Assembly (NCBI RefSeq): GCF_006345805.1
Contig: NC_042999.1
Coordinates: 35,278,001-35,342,000 of the forward strand
DNA from: Octopus sinensis
Taxonomy: Eukaryota
Length of the DNA stretch: 64,000 nt
Reading direction: 5' to 3'
How positions within the stretch are numbered: the stretch's first letter is position 1; the number at the start of each line of letters is the position of its first letter. The translations under genes were made by a program, and so were the position numbers. This document shows positions 1 through 13,949 of the stretch, one piece after another. The notes beneath the pieces were generated by a model that saw only the letters and a list, made by a program, of their open reading frames with translations, had not been told where the DNA came from and did not search any database.

Positions 1-704
1 ATGTCCCCGAGAACTACGTAAGGGTACACGTGTCTGTGGAGTGCTCAGCCACTTACACGTTAATTTCACGAGCAGGCTGTTCCGTTGATTCGGATCAACC
101 GGAACCCTCGTCGTCGTAACCGACGGAGTGCTTCCATCCATATGTTCAGAAAGTAAATAAATAGACATGCATATGAACACATGTATATATGTGTACATAG
201 ATGCATGCGTACAGATTAACATAAACCAAAAATATAAACACACACATGCACATATATGAAAAAGTATATGCATGCGTATGGATATGGATACAGAAAAAAC
301 ACACCTATATAGGTAGGGAAATGAACAAAATATAGCGAAAATGGGGTTTATAGGGAAAACAAAAATGGGGGGGGGGTTCTAATAGGTATTTAATTTATAG
401 GTACATTATTAGGCTAAATAAAATACTAGATGCTTAAAAACCAAATTTGATTTGATATTTACAATACTAGGAAGACCTATGGAAAACAGAGTAACCAAAG
501 ATAGGGGGAAAAGAAGAATACGGTTGTTAATAATCTATAAATTACTTATGTTTATGTTTGTTGTACACGGGTTTGATATAAATAAAATAGAAACAGACGT
601 TATGTTAATAGCGCTAAACAGTAAGAGACTAGGATGAGAATATGTCGAGGTTCCCGTCAAGAAATTAGTTACTATAAGGAAGATATGTTTAGCAGGTGTG
701 ATGT
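1..704 (+). repeat. Near-identical duplicate of 2095-2797, ending at the assembly gap
   Basis: Sequence matches 2095-2797 apart from homopolymer-length differences and isolated substitutions, and abuts the N-run. Confidence 0.9.
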
Positions 705-804
705 NNNNNNNNNNNNNNNNNNNNNNNNNNNNNNNNNNNNNNNNNNNNNNNNNNNNNNNNNNNNNNNNNNNNNNNNNNNNNNNNNNNNNNNNNNNNNNNN
801 NNNN
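705..804. other. Assembly gap (~100 N)
   Basis: Run of N. Confidence 0.98.
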
Positions 805-1010
805 GTTCACAAAGAGCTAACTCCACTTAGGTGATCATTGTATCTTTTGAGGGAAGTGTGTAGTGTTAGCAGGTTAAAGTTAATAACAGTTTAGAGATTC
901 TGTTTGATTGATAGGTTTTCAGTATTTGTGGATATACTATATACATTTACAAAATATTATAATTAGTAAACAGATAAATAAATAGAAAAAAAAGAAAAGA
1001 GAAATATAAT

Positions 1011-1181
1011 AGGCGTAGGAGTGGCATTGTCGTAAGTAGCTTGGTTACGAACCACATGGTTCCGAGTTCAGTCCTACTACGTTGCACCTTGGGCAAGTGT
1101 CTTCTACTATAGCCTCGGCTAGCCAAAGCCTTGTGAGTGGATTTGGTAGACGGAAACTGAAACAAAGCCCGTCGTATATAG

Positions 1182-1239
<58 letters not shown>

Positions 1240-1257
1240 GTGTGTGTGTTGTGTGTG

Positions 1258-1293
<36 letters not shown>

Positions 1294-1577
1294 ATGTATG
1301 TATGTATGTATGTATGTATGTTTGTATGTATGTATGTATGTATGTATGTGTGTGTGTGTGTATGTGTGTGTATGTCTATGTTTGTCCCCCGAACATCGCT
1401 TGACAACCGATGCTGGTGTGTTACGTCCCCGTAACTTAGCGGTTTGGCAAAAGAGACCGATAGAATAAGTACTAGGCTTACAAAGAATAAGTCCTGGGGT
1501 CTGATTTGCTCGACAAAAGGCGGCGCTCCAGCATGACCACAGCCAAATGACTAAAACAAGTAAAAGAGTAAAAGAAT
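1011..1577 (+). mobile_element. tRNA-derived SINE family A with internal microsatellite
   Basis: Pol III A-box/B-box-like head, CORE-like ACCTTGGGCAAGT, internal (TA)n(TG)n(TATG)n, AAGAGTAA repeat tail; at least 8 copies in the window. Confidence 0.85.
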
Positions 1578-1848
1578 AAAAAAGAAAAATAAATAAAGCT
1601 AAATTCTATAGATGGTTCTAATTGGTTTAGTGAGAGATACATATGTTGTCATGATTCAGGATGGGTAGAAATTTGAAAAAAAAGCCATTGTAGTACTTGA
1701 CCAGTAGGGCTTACTTATCAACCCTTATTGATTAGGGTATGTAGGTGCATATTTGAATGCAGTTGAGAGGTTAACGAGAATAGGATAGGAAATACCAAGT
1801 ATATAGCGGCTCGTAGGTATTTTAATTGAGCATATAATGTTCAGAAGT

Positions 1849-2235
1849 GGAGGCGCAATGGCCCAGTGGTTAGGGCAGCGGACTCGCGGTCATAGGTTCG
1901 CGGTTTCGATTCCCAGACCGGGCGTTGTGAGTGTTTATTGAGCGAAAACACCTAAAGCTCAACGAGGCTCCGGCAGGGATTGTGGTGATCCCTGCTGTTC
2001 TCTTTCACCACAACTTCTCTCTCACTCCTTACTTCTGTTTCTGTTGTACCTGTATTTCAAAGGGCCGGCCTTGTCACTTTCTGTGTCACGCTGAATGTCC
2101 CCGAGAACTACGTAAGGGTACACGTGTCTGTGGAGTGCTCAGCCACTTACACGTTAATTTCACGAGCAGGCTGTTCCGTTGATTCGGATCAACCGGAACC
2201 CTCGTCGTCGTAACCGACGGAGTGCTTCCATCCAT
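1849..2235 (+). mobile_element. tRNA(Arg)-like SINE family B
   Basis: Head GGCGCAATGGCCCAGTGGTTAGGGCAGCGGACTCGCGG..GTTTCGATTCCC; (CCAT) tail; flanking TSD ATGTTCAGAA(A)GT at ~1837 and ~2236. Confidence 0.85.
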
Positions 2236-3659
2236 ATGTTCAGAAAGTAAATAAATAGACATGCATATGAACACATGTATATATGTGTAATTAGATGCAT
2301 GCGTACAGATTAACATAAACCAAAAATATAAACACACACATGCACATATATGAAAAAGTATATGCATGCGTATGGATATGGATACAGAAAAAAACACACC
2401 TATATAGGTAGGGAATGAACAAAATATAGCGAAAATGGGGGTTTATAGGGAAACAAAATGGGGGGGGGGTTCTAATAGGTATTTAATTTATAGGTACATT
2501 ATTAGGCTAAATAAAATACTAGATGCTTAAAAAACCAAATTTGATTGATATTACAATACTAGGAAGACCTATGGAAAACAGAGTAACCAAAGATAGGGGG
2601 AAAAGAAGAATACGGTTGTTAATAATCTATAAATTACTTATGTTTATGTTTGTTGTACACGGGTTTGATATAAATAAAAATAGAAACAGACGTTATGTTA
2701 ATAGCGCTAAACAGTAAGAGACTAGGATGAGAATATGTCGAGGTTCCCGTCAAGAAATTAGTTACTATAAGGAAGATATGTTTAGCAGGTGTGATGTTAA
2801 TATTCTAAAAAAAAAACAAAGGAGAAGGGAAAATAAGAATAATAAGAGGAAGAATGCGGTGATTAGATTATCTATATATTTTGGGAAAGAGAGACGGTGT
2901 GCACCAGTTTTTTGGATATATAAGAAACGAAAGTTAAGGTCTGCTACGTACGCAGCCAATTAGGATTTTCATTAAGTATTTTTTTATAAAAAGGTGTTGG
3001 GTCCAGAAATAAAAGGGAATACAGGTTGTGAACTTTGAATGGCTAATGTGCTGAATATAATAATGTCTAAGAACAAAAAGGTATTGTTTCATGTGTACAC
3101 CGTAAAGAAAGGTTTGGATCGAAGCATGAAAGTAAAGTAAACTCAGCGAATTTTTAGAAAAACTTCTAGAGGTACGTATATAAATTATCTAGGATATCAA
3201 AAAAGATTAACCATATGATACATGTGCCGGGTTTCAGGAGAAAAATAAGATTTTTTCTATAAATTTAGGATTAAATAAATAACTAGAAAGATAAGAAGAT
3301 GAATGAGGTATTAGGATATTGAAATAATAAATAAGATGGAGGATGGATGGAAGTTATTTTTAAAAAATAGTCTTATTGACCGTTAATTGATTAGGGTATG
3401 TAGGTAGGTATTTAAAATGCAGTTGTGAATACATTGCGGGCATATCCATGTGGATTCACAAATTTCACATATAGATATGGAGGCATGTAAGCAGGCATGG
3501 ATAAGTGTATACGACATGCATGCATATATATATAAACACATTCATATACACATGCACATATACATAGGTATATACATACATATATACACACATGCACACA
3601 TGGGCATGTTCTATGTTAAGGTGCGTATTTGATATAGAAGGCTTTGGCCTGAGATAAGG

Positions 3660-4260
3660 TTTTCCACCTAATTTTAAAATTAATGTTCTTATCTTTTAAT
3701 TGCTACATAAATTTACTCAGGCTAGTTGATGAACGTTTGTTAGGATTTCGAAAAGTAAGCTCATGGTTCGCGAGCCTAGCCTTAATAAAGGTTTTCCAAG
3801 AACCGATATAAGATAGTGTTTACCAGCAACTTCCACTGTGGCTTGGTAAACTACATTTTTTCTTTTGCAGTGATTATTGAATTTACACCGATCTTTAATT
3901 CTACAATCACAAAACTTACGAATATTATCAGGGGGAATTTTATGTTTGTTGGGGCGAGTGGTTTCCCCTTGATTGTTAAGTTGATGTGTTACACGTTTAG
4001 CGTAAAATCCATCTACTTTAGAATAATTAAGAGATGACATGTACCTAAATAGATTACGAATTACTGAGAAGCCATATCGGAACAAACCATTGTTGAGTAA
4101 TTCACTGTATTTGTTTTTGTTTATGTTGAACTGTTTATTGATTATCTTGCGTATTATAAATATTATATTAGATTTACTCGTTTGGCGAAAGGCAAAATGA
4201 ATCAAATTATATTTTTATTATCTCTATTATTATTACCATTACCAGAAATGTGATTATGGT
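3660..4260 (-). pseudogene. PLE C-terminal GIY-YIG endonuclease fragment (Naiad/Nematis-like)
   Basis: ORF 3717-4205 has CDCRIKDRC..HCKRKNVVYQATV, followed by a frameshifted YIG region. Confidence 0.7.
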
Positions 4261-4505
4261 AGTTATCTGTTGTGGATTTAATATAAGGTATGTATTTTCT
4301 ATTTATTTTTACATTGTGTGTAGCATTAGGGTCTTTCAGATAAATTGAAACATTTTACAATGCTTAAAACTACTTATAAATACTAAAATAATGGTAGTAG
4401 ACATATAATTTTAATCTTATTTACTACACGCTTTTTTCAATTATATATAGGTATGTTCATATTTTCCGTTTGTTGTCTTTCATTTAATCATACATATATA
4501 TATAT

Positions 4506-4551
<46 letters not shown>

Positions 4552-4766
4552 TTATATATATATATATAAATATATATAAAAAAGGAGATGTGGAACACGA
4601 GTTGTGATATAAAAAAAGGAAATGAAGAAAATGCTGACAAAATAATTTAAGTAAGGGAGAGTGTATTTAATTAGGTGAAAGTTCTTTTACCGGTTGCGCA
4701 TTTGTTATGCTTATCAAAAGATATTTTTTTAAGAGAGATAGAGTTCCTTTCTGATAGATTTTTTCT

Positions 4767-4812
<46 letters not shown>

Positions 4813-5087
4813 TGAAGCATATATTTGCCACTTAAATGTGGCTAAAACTTATGGGTGGATGCTACTGTAGCTTGTATCCCAGAAGACACCTCCTCTAGCT
4901 GCTATTGACACACTTCTGTGTCCTATCAGTATTTGCAAGAGAAGCTATCCTTCCCATCTCCAGCCTGATGTGATACACACGGACCCGAGTTTTGGGTATT
5001 GACCCGTCATCAGCGTGAGACAATCACCGGTTGTCGATGTGAACGTGTTCCCAATGCAAATATATATCTATATATATATATATTATA

Positions 5088-5129
<42 letters not shown>

Positions 5130-5151
5130 TTTTCAAGATAGATAGATAGAG

Positions 5152-5239
<88 letters not shown>

Positions 5240-5240
<1 letters not shown>

Positions 5241-6680
5241 TGTATAATGATTACTTAGATAAACATGACAGCTGTTTCTGCTCCACTAGATTGATAAGAG
5301 GTAGACCCCCACAATAACTTCAATGGCCAAGAAGACCTTTAAAGAGAGCTGGAACGGGTGAACCAGAGCTATACGGACTCCTGAAAATAATGATCACGTT
5401 AAAAAGATGGTCGCATATGCGGTGGATTCGAGTACCAAGAGACACTCAAGGGTTATATATTTAAGTTTAAGAACAAGATATACGCCCAAGAGGAAGGTAT
5501 AGCCATCGGTGTCAGTATTGCTGGCGATGAGGCTAACCTATTTATGCTATGGTTGGATAGGTGACTTAAAGAGAAATGAGCAGAGAACTCCATTAACCTA
5601 ATCATGTACACCCGCTACGTGGATGATATCAACATGGTAGCCAAAGCCCCCCTACAAGACAATGTTGATGATCTAGAAGCTAACACTATGGAAAGCATCC
5701 AACAAATAGCTAACTCCATCCACCAGAGTATAGAAATAACGATAGATTACCCTAGTAAGTACCCTAACAATAGATTACCCGTTTTAAACACTGACCTCTG
5801 GCTAGAAATGAAGAACTGTAAGGTCCAGATCCTTTCACTCTCATTATGCCAAACCCATGGCCTCTAAGTACCTTGTTAACGATTGCGGACAATGCCAAGT
5901 TCAACATTCTTACAGCTGACTTGGTGAAATTGATTAGAAATGTGTCACGCATGTGCGACTCTATGGAATTGGAAAGACACATACAACACTTCATCCACTA
6001 CATGCAGCTCCCGGGCTACAACCAAAGGGATAGGATTAGAGTTTACAAAGGAGCCAGGACTAAGCACAAAGCCATCATAGAGAGTGATGCTAAAGGGATC
6101 TGCCCGCTGTACAGGAGTAAATCCTAGAACAGCACAGAAAGGACCAGTAATAAGATAAATAAGGCCAACACTTGGTATGACAACGAAATATACCAGTGGC
6201 GGTGAATTAGCACATCTTTTTAGAAAAATATTAAGGCTAATCTACGAATTAAAGTAGTAGAGAGGCCTGGTGCCCCTTTGAAATTCCTGATCTGCAATAC
6301 TATCCCTTTTGAAAGTCCCCCTGTACGGACTACAATTGTGTTTTATATAGGATGAAGCCACGTGTTAACTGTAAGGTTAGGAATATAGTGTGTAGCTTAT
6401 GATGTACTGAGGGGTGGTGCAGAAACATGACACCTACCATTATTGGAGAGACTGCACGCAGCATAGGAGAGCGTATAAGTGAACATTGGTGACAGCTCAA
6501 TGAAAGGAAAATCTCGTCAGTACTCTAACAACATGCTCAAGCAGAACATGGAGACTCGATTAATAACATAGAGGTTAAGGTACTATCGACACATAGAAAA
6601 CTGACACTTAGAGCACAGAGGATGCCCACATATCAGTAGACAGACTGAGCCTCAATAGAAAATACGAATTGAACAGTAAC
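5240..6680 (+). pseudogene. Decayed PLE reverse transcriptase + GIY-YIG
   Basis: YTRYVDDI, LPVL, IGETARSIGERISEH motifs, with stops and frameshifts. Confidence 0.8.
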
Positions 6681-7275
6681 ACCTACCACCACATACACGC
6701 CACATGACTAAAGACAAAGGGGATGAGAAGCGAGAGAGAAAAATCGTAAATAATACACAGAAACACACAAGGTATTACACACACAATAGACAGATATGCA
6801 CTTGTGATACTTATGAGAAATAGAGATTGGCGTATAAAAAATAAATAAATAGATAAATAGATAAATATATAAATATATTTGTCACATAATTGTGATAAAT
6901 ATAAGACACGGAGATAGATAAAATGAATAAATGAAACTATATAAAGGGCATGGATACATATAACATACGAAGCGAACCCATACACACTCAAGAAATTTCA
7001 CGGACGGCCACAACTATATCAACAACACGATTAACAGCGACAGCAACAGCCGTGACAATGTTGGCAATAACAGCAACAACTACCATGATGGCAAAACCGT
7101 GGGCGAACACACATACACAGAATATAGATATAAAATAGTGAGAAACTATAGATGATCCAGCATTTTTGGAGGGGGTCTTAAGATAGCAGCAGCACAATGG
7201 GGTGAGAAGATGGGGCTGAGTAGAAGGCCACACTACTGCTAAAATCTATGACGCACACACAGGCATGACGTGATA

Positions 7276-7320
7276 CACACGAACCCGAGTTTCTGGGTAT
7301 TGACCCGTCATCAGCGTGTG
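7276..7320 (-). ncRNA. Minimal type-I hammerhead ribozyme motif (degenerate twin at 4976-5017)
   Basis: Reverse complement: CACACG CTGATGA C-GGGT CAAT ACCC-A GAAA CTCGGG TT CGTGTG. Confidence 0.65.
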
Positions 7321-7762
7321 ACAATCACCGGTTGTCTATGTGAGCAAATATATATATATATATATATCTTTAAAATCCCTGATCTACAATGCCTATCCCT
7401 TTGATAAGTCCCCCAGTAGGGACTACAATTGTGCTGTATACACACGTACGCACGCACGCACATGCACGTAGACAAGGACACAAACGCATGCGCACATAAG
7501 GATACACGTCTTAGAATGGAGTAAGTGGAGCAAAAAGAGTCGCTGAAGAGGTCACAGATGTGTGACGAAAGATTTCCGGACAATGGGCAAATAATAAAAT
7601 AAGAACAGTAATAAACGAGTGAAGAAAAAATATATAGTGCGTGTGTTTATTTGGCAAAAGAAAAGGACCGTCCCGAAATATAATAATATATATATATGTA
7701 TATATATGTGGTGTGTTGTGTGTGTATGTGTGTGTGTGTATGTATAGTGTGTGTGTGTGTGT

Positions 7763-7799
<37 letters not shown>

Positions 7800-8532
7800 C
7801 GAGATGGAATGAATAGGCTTAAATCCAAAACAATTGCTTCTGTGCATTAACGTCAGCTATTATTTGCTGAGTGTTTCACATGATAAAGATATTATTTAGA
7901 TACTATATATGACTCAACAGTAGCTGTGTACTTGCGCGTCATCAGACAAGTGGCTTTGAGATCACTGCTGGATCATCTATAGTTTCTCACTATTTTATAT
8001 CTATATTCTCTTTTAGCATTCCCTTGACGGAGAGCATCACGTAGATTTAAATGGATACAAGTTGTAAAAAATAACAAAAGGAATTAATTGAAATAAAAAT
8101 GAAAAATATAAATTATAAAATAAATAGACCAAAATAAATCAATGGAAATATTAAAAAATTCAAAAGTATAAAATATAAATTAACAACTTTTAATATTCAG
8201 TCCGAGCATAGGCATGTCTCACCTTTTATGAATATCGATTAACACCCCAAGACAAGATGGAAACATAGACTTTTATCTCAAAGGAAGTCATTTGTAAAAG
8301 GTCAACTTATTACCCCAGCAGGATAATAACTTGTCTGCCAGTCTGCTCGTAAACTTAATTTTAGCTGTCCTTGGTTCCCATCACAGCTGCTTTATCAGTC
8401 ATTAACATATGTTTCCATGTTTTTATGTTTTCGTTACACAAGAAGAATTTATTCCCTTGCACCGTTATACTTACTGCAGAAATTCATTTATTTGATGTAT
8501 ACATACAGACATACATCCATACACACACACAC

Positions 8533-8612
<80 letters not shown>

Positions 8613-8909
8613 CGTAAATATGAAGGCTAAAATTAAATAATTTATAACCGGGGTTAGCATGCATAAATAAAAGGCATAAGACAACATATTTTTAAAAATA
8701 TAAGAGTGTACAAAATATTTTTTTTTAAATAGAAATATTTATAATTTTGAGGCTATATAGGACACAGCTTTACATTTCTATATTTACTGCTGGACTATAT
8801 ATTTACGTTCGCGCACTAAGTTTGAATCCTTAATGGATAAAGATGTAGCTGTATTGCGCACATGTTTTCGGTACGTATTTGAAACTACATAATTATTCAT
8901 TAATTAACG

Positions 8910-8979
8910 ATTCCGCTGACGAGCTACAGATTCCAAATTAGTTTATTTGTAAATTAATAACGAAACTCGAGTTCGGGAT
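8910..8979 (+). ncRNA. Minimal type-I hammerhead ribozyme motif
   Basis: ATTCCG CTGACGA GCTA..TAAC GAAA CTCGAG TT CGGGAT; palindromic stem III; one mismatch in stem II. Confidence 0.7.
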
Positions 8980-9139
8980 TAACTAATTCATTTTTTGTTC
9001 GTTCTAGTGTCATGAATTCCCTTTTTCGTGGTTTGAGTTTTAACAGGCCTTTTTAGCATGTAAAGAGTCCTGTCAAATGTCTCCTCATTGTGTTTAAAAA
9101 TATTTTATACACACTTATGTTTTTAAAAAAAAAATATAT

Positions 9140-9224
9140 ATATATATAATTTAATAAATAAAATATATGTACAATACACATACATATATGTACTACTTAC
9201 ATCTACATGTATATATACATATAT

Positions 9225-9283
<59 letters not shown>

Positions 9284-9984
9284 GAGTACAGGACACCACA
9301 AATAGGACGTAGAACTCAACGAGAAACGAAAACATAAAAACATGGAAACGGAGTTTTTTTAACAACGAAAAAACAAAGCACAAGACGAACAAGACAAGGA
9401 ACATTCCCTTTCATCAGCTGTCCCCGGTTCGACTCCATGCGTGTTTCGAAGATAAGGACAGAACACGACCCATCGAACCGGTCCTTCCTGCAAAGGAATT
9501 AAATAAAATTCCTTTGCAGAGGGGTAAAAACAAAAATGTGACAAGAACAGGACGTAAAAGCAATACAAAATAAAAATACAAATAAAAATACAAATACAAA
9601 AAAATGCAGTACACATAAAGAATAAAAACAGGACAAAGGAACCAACATTGAGGGCCTTCTTTAAAGCCTAGACGATGGAAAAATTCAGAGTGCAAGGGAA
9701 AATTACTTGTAGGAGGCGGAGTGAAAGGAAGTTGGTCGACTCGACAGTGAGAGAGAGAGAGATTGAGAGGAAAGAAAACCAGAAAGGGTGAAAAATAAGA
9801 AGGAGAGAGACAGGCAAAGAGGAAGACAGACAGGAAGGAAGGAAGGAAAGGTCAAGCAAAGGGTTACAGAATTTAGCGTCATAATTATATATAAAAACTT
9901 ACTTGGAGAAAAGAAAAGAAACGACGCGAGTGCGCTCAGTCATACAATAATTTAATAAATAAGATATATACATACATACATACA

Positions 9985-10017
<33 letters not shown>

Positions 10018-10050
10018 GTACGTACCTACATCTACATGTATATATACATG

Positions 10051-10088
<38 letters not shown>

Positions 10089-10311
10089 TATATGAGTACG
10101 GACACCACAAATAGACGTAGGAACTCAACGAGAAACGAAAACATAAAAACATGGAAACGGACTTTTTTTAACAACGAAGAAACAGAGCACAAGACAAACA
10201 ACACAAGGAACATTCCCCTTCATCAGCTGTCCCCGTTTCGATTCCATGTGTGTTTCGAACCGGTCCTTCCTGCAAAGGATTTAAATAAAATTCCTTTGCA
10301 GAGGGGTAAAA
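9140..10311. repeat. Diverged direct duplication (9140-9530 ~ 9945-10311), probably a PLE terminal repeat
   Basis: Shared GGACACCACAAATAG..CCTTCCTGCAAAGGA..CTTTGCAGAGGGGTAAAA. Confidence 0.7.
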
Positions 10312-10407
10312 TCAAGGAAAGAAAATATATATATATACATATATATATATATAAATATACAACTAATGACCAGCATATCAAAAAATACCTTTAAAGGTTA
10401 AATTTAT

Positions 10408-10765
10408 AAATAACTTATAAAATAAGAGCAAAAGAAAAATTCTAATGCCAAATATGCCGAAAAAAAGACAAAATTGTCAATAACCATTATGATTTATGCG
10501 TCTCGAAACAAGCCGATATAAATTTCTTTAAAAATCCGTTATTACCGTATTGGTCCCAATTTCGGGGTTAATTCATAAGAATTTTCCCCTCTTCAGCAAT
10601 AAATACGTAAGACATAAATGAAATACTTACTTATACCCATGGAAAAAGCAAGCACTAAGTCCTGAGCAGACCTAAGTACCCCAAATATATCGAAGACACT
10701 TTTATCTTTTTTTCGGCATATTTGGCATTAGAATTTTTCTTTTGCCCTCATTTTATAAGTTATAT
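10408..10765 (-). mobile_element. PLE-type remnant: ~65-bp inverted repeats enclosing a degenerate hammerhead (10546-10608)
   Basis: 10408-10478 is the reverse complement of 10694-10762; reverse complement core TATTG CTGAAGA GGGG..CCCC GAAA..CAATA. Confidence 0.6.
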
Positions 10766-10780
10766 AAATATATATATATA

Positions 10781-11180
10781 CCACAAAGAGAGAAGAGCAA
10801 AGACTGGTAACGGCTCAAAGAGCCATGGAAAGGTCAATGTTTGGTATCTCGTTGAGAGAGCACATAAGTAGCGAGATCATCAGAAAGAAGTCCGGCGTGA
10901 GAAATGTCATCGCAGAGTATACACGCAGAGGTATAGATGGGCTGGACACGTCGCCCGGCTCACCGATAATCGGTGGACGCATGCAGCTGTCGAGTGGTAC
11001 CCGCGCGAGCGGAAAGACCACCCGGAAGACCTCCACGACGGTGGAGTTACGATTTCAGGAGGACGATTGGGATCACGTGGATGAGACAGGTGCGATCCAG
11101 AGAGGAGTGGGCAGCGTTCTGTGACCAGCAGTGTCAAATTGACGCCTGACGGACTGGTCGGTCAAGGTGATCAAGATGAT
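10781..11180 (+). mobile_element. RTE-clade LINE 3' fragment
   Basis: QRAMERSMFGISLRE..RWAGHVAR..NRWT..W.PR..RPPGRPPRRW across a frameshift. Confidence 0.85.
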
Positions 11181-11192
11181 ATGCATATACAT

Positions 11193-11443
11193 ATTCTTTT
11201 ATTCTTTTACTTGTTTCAGTCATTTGACTGTGGTCGTGTTGGAGCACCACCTTACAAGGTTTTTTAGTTGAAAAAATTGACCCCAGGACTTATTCTTTGT
11301 AATCCTAGTACTTATTCTACCGGTGCCTTTTGCCGAACTGCTAAGTTTACAGGGACGTAAACACACCAGCATCGGTTGTCAAGTAATGGTGCGGGAGACA
11401 AACACAGACACAAAGACACATACACATAAATATATACACGCAC

Positions 11444-11482
<39 letters not shown>

Positions 11483-11646
11483 CGACGGGTTTCTTACAGT
11501 TTCCGTCTACCAAATCCACTCACAAGGCTTAGGTTGGCCCGAGGTTATAGTAGAAAACACTTGGCCAAGGTGCCACGCAGTAGGACTGAACTCGAAACCA
11601 TGTGGTTGGGAAACAAGCTTCTTACTACACAGCCAGGCCTGCGCCT
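11193..11646 (-). mobile_element. SINE family A
   Basis: Reverse complement of 1011-1577. Confidence 0.85.
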
Positions 11647-11658
11647 ATATATATATAT

Positions 11659-11950
11659 ACAGTAGTTGGACAAAATAATGGGAACACCAAGCATCATAGC
11701 ACCATAATTTTGAAATATCTATGAAACAGTCAAAAGCTTGTTTATTTTTATGTTTTTGATTTATTATTAGTGTTGCTTAATATGTTTTGCTAAAATTGCT
11801 GCTTCTTTTGAGATATCATCAGAAAAAAGTAATTAAAATTCATTATATCGGACTTTCAAAGAGGTCAAATTATTGGTGCTCGTATGGCAGGCGCTAGCGT
11901 AACTAAAACAGCTGAAATGTTTGGTGTATCAAGAAGTACTGTCATGAAAA
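11659..11950 (+). mobile_element. Tc1-like transposon 5' end
   Basis: TA+CAGTAGTTGGACAAAATAATGGGAACACC TIR; LSDFQRGQIIGARMAGASVTKTAEMFGVSRSTV HTH. Confidence 0.8.
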
Positions 11951-12120
11951 TTTATATACATTTTTATATAGATTTTAATGTATATAAAATGAAAAATACG
12001 AACTACTACAGTAATCCTCCCTTCTCAACACATAAAATATGTACCTATGGGTATGTTTGTACGTAAATATATATATATATGTTTGTGTGTGTGTGTGTGT
12101 GTGTGTCTCTGTGTGTGTAT

Positions 12121-12162
<42 letters not shown>

Positions 12163-13112
12163 TTTTATATATATTTTGCCTAATTTGTTGTTTATGTTAT
12201 CGGTTGTCCAATATCCAACCGTAACAAAGTCATTGCCTTTCGAAACGATAGATAACCAATTAAATTACGGGACTGACTATAACCCCCTCTCCACTTCCCG
12301 CAGGATTTCAGCTACTCGATAAACAAAAAAGTAACCGAGAATAATAAAGTATCTTGATTAATACCCGGAAATTCGTTAATCTTAGTACCGACTAATATCA
12401 CAGGTATTAAAAAAACTCTAAGCCACCTATTGTGGACCGTTACCTCAAGCCCTCAATAGAAAACATATCGCATGTTTATATGTATATATATATGTTTATT
12501 TTTTGTATAATTATTATAATTATATAAAATGAAAAATACGAACTACTACAGTAATCCTCCCTTCTCAACACATAAAATATGTACCTATGGGTAGGTATGT
12601 TTGTAGTAAATATATATATATATGTTGTGTCTGTGTGTATGCGCGCGCGTATGTGTGTGCGTATGTGGGTGTTATAGGATATATATATATAATATATATA
12701 TATATATACATATATCTATAATATATATAATATATATGTATTTATGTATGTATGTATGTATGTATGTATGTTGTATGTATGTATGTATGTATGTATGTAT
12801 GTATGTATATGTATGTATTCCTCATTTATATACCTTTTCTTTCCTACATAACTAAAATAATCTTAAGATATATTGATTATTTAAATTCCACTATTATTTT
12901 CCTTTTGATAATTTTTTCCCTTCCTCTATTTATACTTTATCTAATAAGAATAATATGATACACCCAATAATAATAATAATTGATTCCTTTGTATGCATAT
13001 ACATATACATATAAATGTATAGATATGTATTTATGTATATTTATGTATATGTAAAAGTGTGTATATATGTATGTATTTATATTTATAACTTAACCTTATG
13101 AACTTTCTAAAC

Positions 13113-13234
13113 TCTCTGACGAAGCACAGTGGCACACCCAAGTACCTTAATTTTATCTACCAAATACTTCAGTTCACTGAAGGGATAGAAGTAAAGTGGG
13201 GTACTATGGCCTCTTGACTGAAACAGCTGTAAGA
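13113..13234 (+). ncRNA. Type-I hammerhead motif with ~95-nt extended stem II
   Basis: TCT CTGACGA AG..(AGTACC/GGTACT, CTTCAG-TTCA-CTGAAG hairpin)..CT GAAA CAGCTG TA AGA. Confidence 0.65.
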
Positions 13235-13411
13235 TACTATTCTACTTTCTATGCTCTACGTCAAATATTTTGATAATTACTGGTATTTTTATATTTTATA
13301 TATTATATATTTAAAGCATAATATGTTATACAATTAAATAAATAGACATAATATAATGTCAAAAAATTTGATGAATACCACCTCTTGATCCCCTCCATTT
13401 TCTTATTGCTG

Positions 13412-13482
<71 letters not shown>

Positions 13483-13949
13483 TATATATATATAATTATA
13501 TATATATATACTGCCACCAACATACATATGCACACATATATACTATTGCTGAATCCGCTCGCTTCTAGCGTGAGGTCAAATCAAGAGTTTTCATTCGTAC
13601 GCATCCCTTATACATACATATTCTTTTATCTCACACTAATATACCTACATACATCTATCTAAAGATACCCTCTTTTTTGCTCTCATTAATATGCATCTCC
13701 CCATGTAACTCTATCAACCATTTTCTACTTACGCTATAACATTCCGTCATAGTAGACAAGTCCATTCTATAGTTACTTCCGCTTTACCTAAACAACTATA
13801 ATCAACATACAATTTAAGAAGATAATTTGAATAATGTAATTTGAACAATGAATCATTATAATAGCGTTTTTTAATTTTTAAACACAACAAAATCTACAAA
13901 TTATATGCATACAACATGATATCCCTAAAAAATATCAAATGTCACTATG

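Noticed and set aside
1849-1925. tRNA gene
   Set aside because: The tRNA-like head continues into a SINE body with a TSD and recurs at 37925-38001
1-2797. Apparent 2.1-kb tandem duplication
   Set aside because: The copy ends exactly at the N gap and differs almost only in homopolymer lengths; probably an unmerged contig overlap
5240-6680. In-frame TGA as selenocysteine recoding in a PLE
   Set aside because: TAA/TAG stops and frameshifts are also present and the TGAs are not at obvious Cys motifs; ordinary decay
9400-9480. Permuted hammerhead on the minus strand (GAAAC..GTC..CTGATGA)
   Set aside because: Could not build consistent stems I-III by eye; left unresolved
12359-12411. Hammerhead-like remnant between 100-bp direct repeats (11980/12520)
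   Set aside because: Stem I is present but both core strands are mutated (CTGTGA, GAAT)
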